DNA of 64,000 nucleotides from assembly GCA_030704615.1 (NCBI GenBank), contig CM060731.1, positions 94,054,001 through 94,118,000 of the forward strand, in the 5' to 3' direction. The position numbers and the translations under genes are program-made. Source of the DNA: Takakia lepidozioides (Eukaryota > Plantae > Bryophyta). The notes beneath the pieces were generated by a model. The model saw nothing but the letters and a program-made list of their open reading frames with translations. It had not been told where the DNA came from and ran no database searches. This document shows positions 60,829 to 64,000 of the stretch, piece after piece. Position 1 is the stretch's first letter, and the number at the start of each line of letters is the position of its first letter.

Positions 60829-62721
60829 TTGAAACAGCGGATGGCAGAAGCTCCAGTCTTGAAAATCCCGGAGTTCGATCGTCCGTTTGAGATACATACA
60901 GATGCGTCGGACTTTCCGATTGGTGGTGTGCTGATGCAAGATGGACGTCCAGTGGCTTACGAAAGTAAGAAACTGAATGAAGTGGAGCGACGGTGGCTGA
61001 CGCACGAGAAAGAGATGAAGGTGGTGGTGCACTGTCTTGAGCTCTGGCGCCACTATGTTGGTTCCAACCCAGTGAAGGTGTTCACGGACAATGTCACGGT
61101 GAAGTATTTTGCCACGCAGCCCAAGTTGTCCCCAAAACAACTTAGGTGGCAAGATACTTTGGCGGTGTTCGACGTGGATATCTAGTACAAACTGGGACAA
61201 GACAACGTGGTGGCCGATGCTTTAAGTAGAAAGCAGCAGCTCTTGTTGGTGTACAAGGGCGAGACGGCGCTCCAAAGGAAGATCCGGAAGGCTTGCCGGA
61301 AGGATGAGCTGGCGAAGTCCGTGATGCAGGACTTGAGGATGGGGGTTAAATCGCAGGTCCACTTGCAAAATGGACTGCTCCGGTATAAGCAAAAACGTCT
61401 CTACATGCCGAAGGGAGGGATCAGAGATAGCCTCTTGAGAAAATGCCATGATAGCCCGCTTGCGGGCCACGGCGGAGCCAAGCGCACTGCGGCACTCTTG
61501 AAGAAAGAGTATTTCTGGCCCAAACTGAGGGAGGAGGCAGAGGAGTATGTCAAGACATGCACCACATGCCAACAAAACCGGAGCGAGTACAAAAAGCAAG
61601 CGGGGCTGTTACAACCCTTGCCGATTCCAGAGGGGACTTGGGAAAGCGTCTCGATGGATTTCATGACTGCTATGCCGCTGTCAAAAGGATTCGATGCAAT
61701 CATGGTGGTGGTAGATAGGTTCAGTAAAATGGGCCATTTCATCCCCACCAAGGAGACGGCAACGGCGCAGGAGACAGGGCGACTTTACTTCGCCCACGTC
61801 TTAAAGCATCATGGAGTCCCGAAGGATATTGTCTCGGACCGCGATCCAAAGTTTACGAGTAAATTCTGGAGAGCACTTTGGAAGAAGATGGGGACGAGGC
61901 TGAAGATGAGCACCGCCTTCCGACCTACGACCGATGGCCAAACAGAAAGGGTGAATTCCGTAGTGAAGCAGATCTTGCGGAATTACGTGTCGGCAGACCA
62001 AACAGACTGGGTGGAACACTTAGACGCGGCAGAGTTCTGTTATAATAACACAGAACACTCCGCAACGGGAGTTTCCCCTTTCGTATTGGTCTATGGAAAA
62101 GCACCTCTGGTGCCGACAAGTTGGGCCGCCCAGGACGTTGAGGAACCGGCAGTAGCGGCAGTACTGGAAGAACGCGAGCGTTTGTTGAAGCTCGCAAAGT
62201 ACAACATTGCCAAAGCTAGGAAACGGTATGAAAGGCAGGCGAATCGGAAGCGGAGGGAAGTAATTTTTGAGGTAGGCACAGAGGTCTGGTTGAACATCAA
62301 GAATTTCCGACTACCTCCGGAAGTGAGTCCGAAGTTCGTACCTCCGTATGCGGGATCCTTTTGCATTCGGAAGGTTATGAATGAGGATGTGTATGAATTG
62401 GAGCTGCCGGAAAATAGCAAGGTGCACCCAGTATTCCATGTCTCCCTTTTGAAACCTTATTTCAAAGATGAAGCGCGTCCGAATCGGCATCAAGTGTTGC
62501 GTCCGCCACCTATGCTGTTGGATCATCAAAATGAACCTGAGTACGAGGTGGAGGCAATACTTAAGTCGAGGAGGTTCAGGAACCGAGAAACGGAGTATCT
62601 TGTCAAATGGAAGGGCTATCATCATGTGGAGGCATCTTGGGTGCGTGCCTCAGAAATGGGAAACGCATCCGAGGCAGTTGCAGCTTTCGAAGGGCGACCT
62701 CAAAAGCGGAAGAAGCGTTGA
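60829..62721 (+). pseudogene. RNase H, integrase and chromodomain
   Basis: HTDASDFPIGGVL; CHDSPLAGHGG..CTTC; VSMDF; IVSDRD; TDGQTERVN; HPVFHVSLLK; YEVEAILKSR...EYLVKWKGY...ASW. TAG at 61183. Confidence 0.93.
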
Positions 62722-63598
62722 TGGGGACATCAACCTTGGAGCGTGGGGGAGGAAATGCATGCTTAGCCCGGCTTAGCTAGCTTAGGAATCCGATTGCAAA
62801 AAACTTGTATTGTACAAAACGTGCTATAAATGAAATGGATTCCAAATGTTGTGCGTCCTATTTTGTTTGGAATGGTGATGCATGCCTACTTCAAGGCCAA
62901 GGAACGATCCTCCCCGAGGATCGAATCGCCTTACTGCAACAACATTGCTTGCGACCGCTCATGATGCCGCTTTTGGCATCACCTTGAGCAAGGGTTCCCT
63001 GGAACCCTCTTTGACTAGGAAGATAACCTTGAACCAACCGTGCGCCCCAATCACTACAATTAGGTCCGCCTTGGAATGCTGGCCTGAGGTACGGGAACAC
63101 GCCGAAGCCGCACTATGACTTCGTCCCGAGGCTACACGATTATAGTATGTGAACGGAAGCACGTAGCTTCCGCGTTAGCCCGCACTACAAGGCAACCCCC
63201 TCGGTAGCGCAGTTATAGTACGCGCACGCGCCAGGTGCGCACTAGCACGTGAACTCCCAAAGGAGGCGCAAATTTCCTTGCCCCTTGGATAGGGGTCACC
63301 CGATTTCGGCACTACGCAAACACACGATTAACCCAATTTACCTCTCCCACTTTTATAAGCTAGCATGCATTCTACACACTGGGAGGAGCTTGAGAGGCTC
63401 CACCCTTGGCCGGGACTTGGAGGAAGTCGGCCGAACTAGCTAGTGGAGAGTAGAGTCAAGTGTGGGGTTTGGTTCTTTGCCATGGGACGCCATGGTATGG
63501 AAACAAACTCCTTGATGTGGGATGCCACAACTTGGATGTTCGTTTCTACAAAATGGACAAGTCGATGAGGACATCGACTCCATGTTGGTAGGGGTGTG

Positions 63599-64000
63599 TG
63601 TCGCGGCCCTTTGCCTTGAGGGCAGGGGGGGGGTCGGGACACAAGAGGGGCTGCCCCTGTGGTGGGGGCAGTAGCAGCGATAGGTACGGGGGCTGAAGCA
63701 CCCTTGAGTGCCCAAGGCACTCAAGGAGGCGGAGGCGCTCACTAGGTGGAGCCCCGCACACCGGGTTGCGGTGGGGGTGGCTCCACAAGGGGTGGTGGTA
63801 GCTTAGCGGGACTTAGTGGGGGTGGCATAGGACTCACCATGGGGTGGAGACCTCGAGGTGGGAGTCGTGGGGAGTCTTGGGACTCATCACGGTCCATTGG
63901 GGCCGCGGTGAGTGGGCCAAGACTCACCGCGACTCACCACCGGGAATCGAGGGTCTTCGTGGTGGTTCGCCATAAAATGGCATGGCTGGTTGTGAAACCC
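63599..64000 (+). repeat. 3' LTR (partial)
   Basis: Near-identical to 57578-57979. Confidence 0.95.

Larger units (their letters stand above)
57578..64000 (+). mobile_element. Ty3/gypsy chromovirus, young but defective; 3' LTR runs off the window
   Basis: 5' LTR 57578-58306 (tgtcgcg...cgcgaca), Met-i PBS, gag-pol, chromodomain. 3' LTR from 63599 with 2 mismatches over 402 bp. Confidence 0.95.

Overview
Eukaryotic, transposon-rich nuclear DNA from a land plant, probably a non-seed plant with heavy organellar RNA editing (inferred from the many PLS/DYW-class PPR fragments). No intact host gene is evident. (1) A 16.9-kb minus-strand Ty3/gypsy retrotransposon (14655-31569, 4-bp TSD) has a polyprotein in the order Gag-PR-DNMT3-like C5 cytosine methyltransferase-RT-RH-IN-PHD. 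It has a self-complementary, non-tRNA primer site and circularly permuted split termini (B-internal-A-B-A) instead of two ordinary LTRs. (2) Two non-autonomous TIR DNA transposons carry captured, reshuffled PPR sequence: a 9-bp-TSD MULE-like element (2054-8479) with a PPR tandem array, and an 8-bp-TSD element (19062-24136) that splits the methyltransferase and carries PPR, E and DYW fragments plus OSB-type PDF-motif exons. Near-identical donors or paralogues lie nearby. (3) Also present: a Helitron, LINE relics (one with a 2A-like NPGP motif), CACTA-like ends, an Athila-like relic, a MITE, a Ulp1-bearing DNA element and a young chromovirus (57578 to window end).
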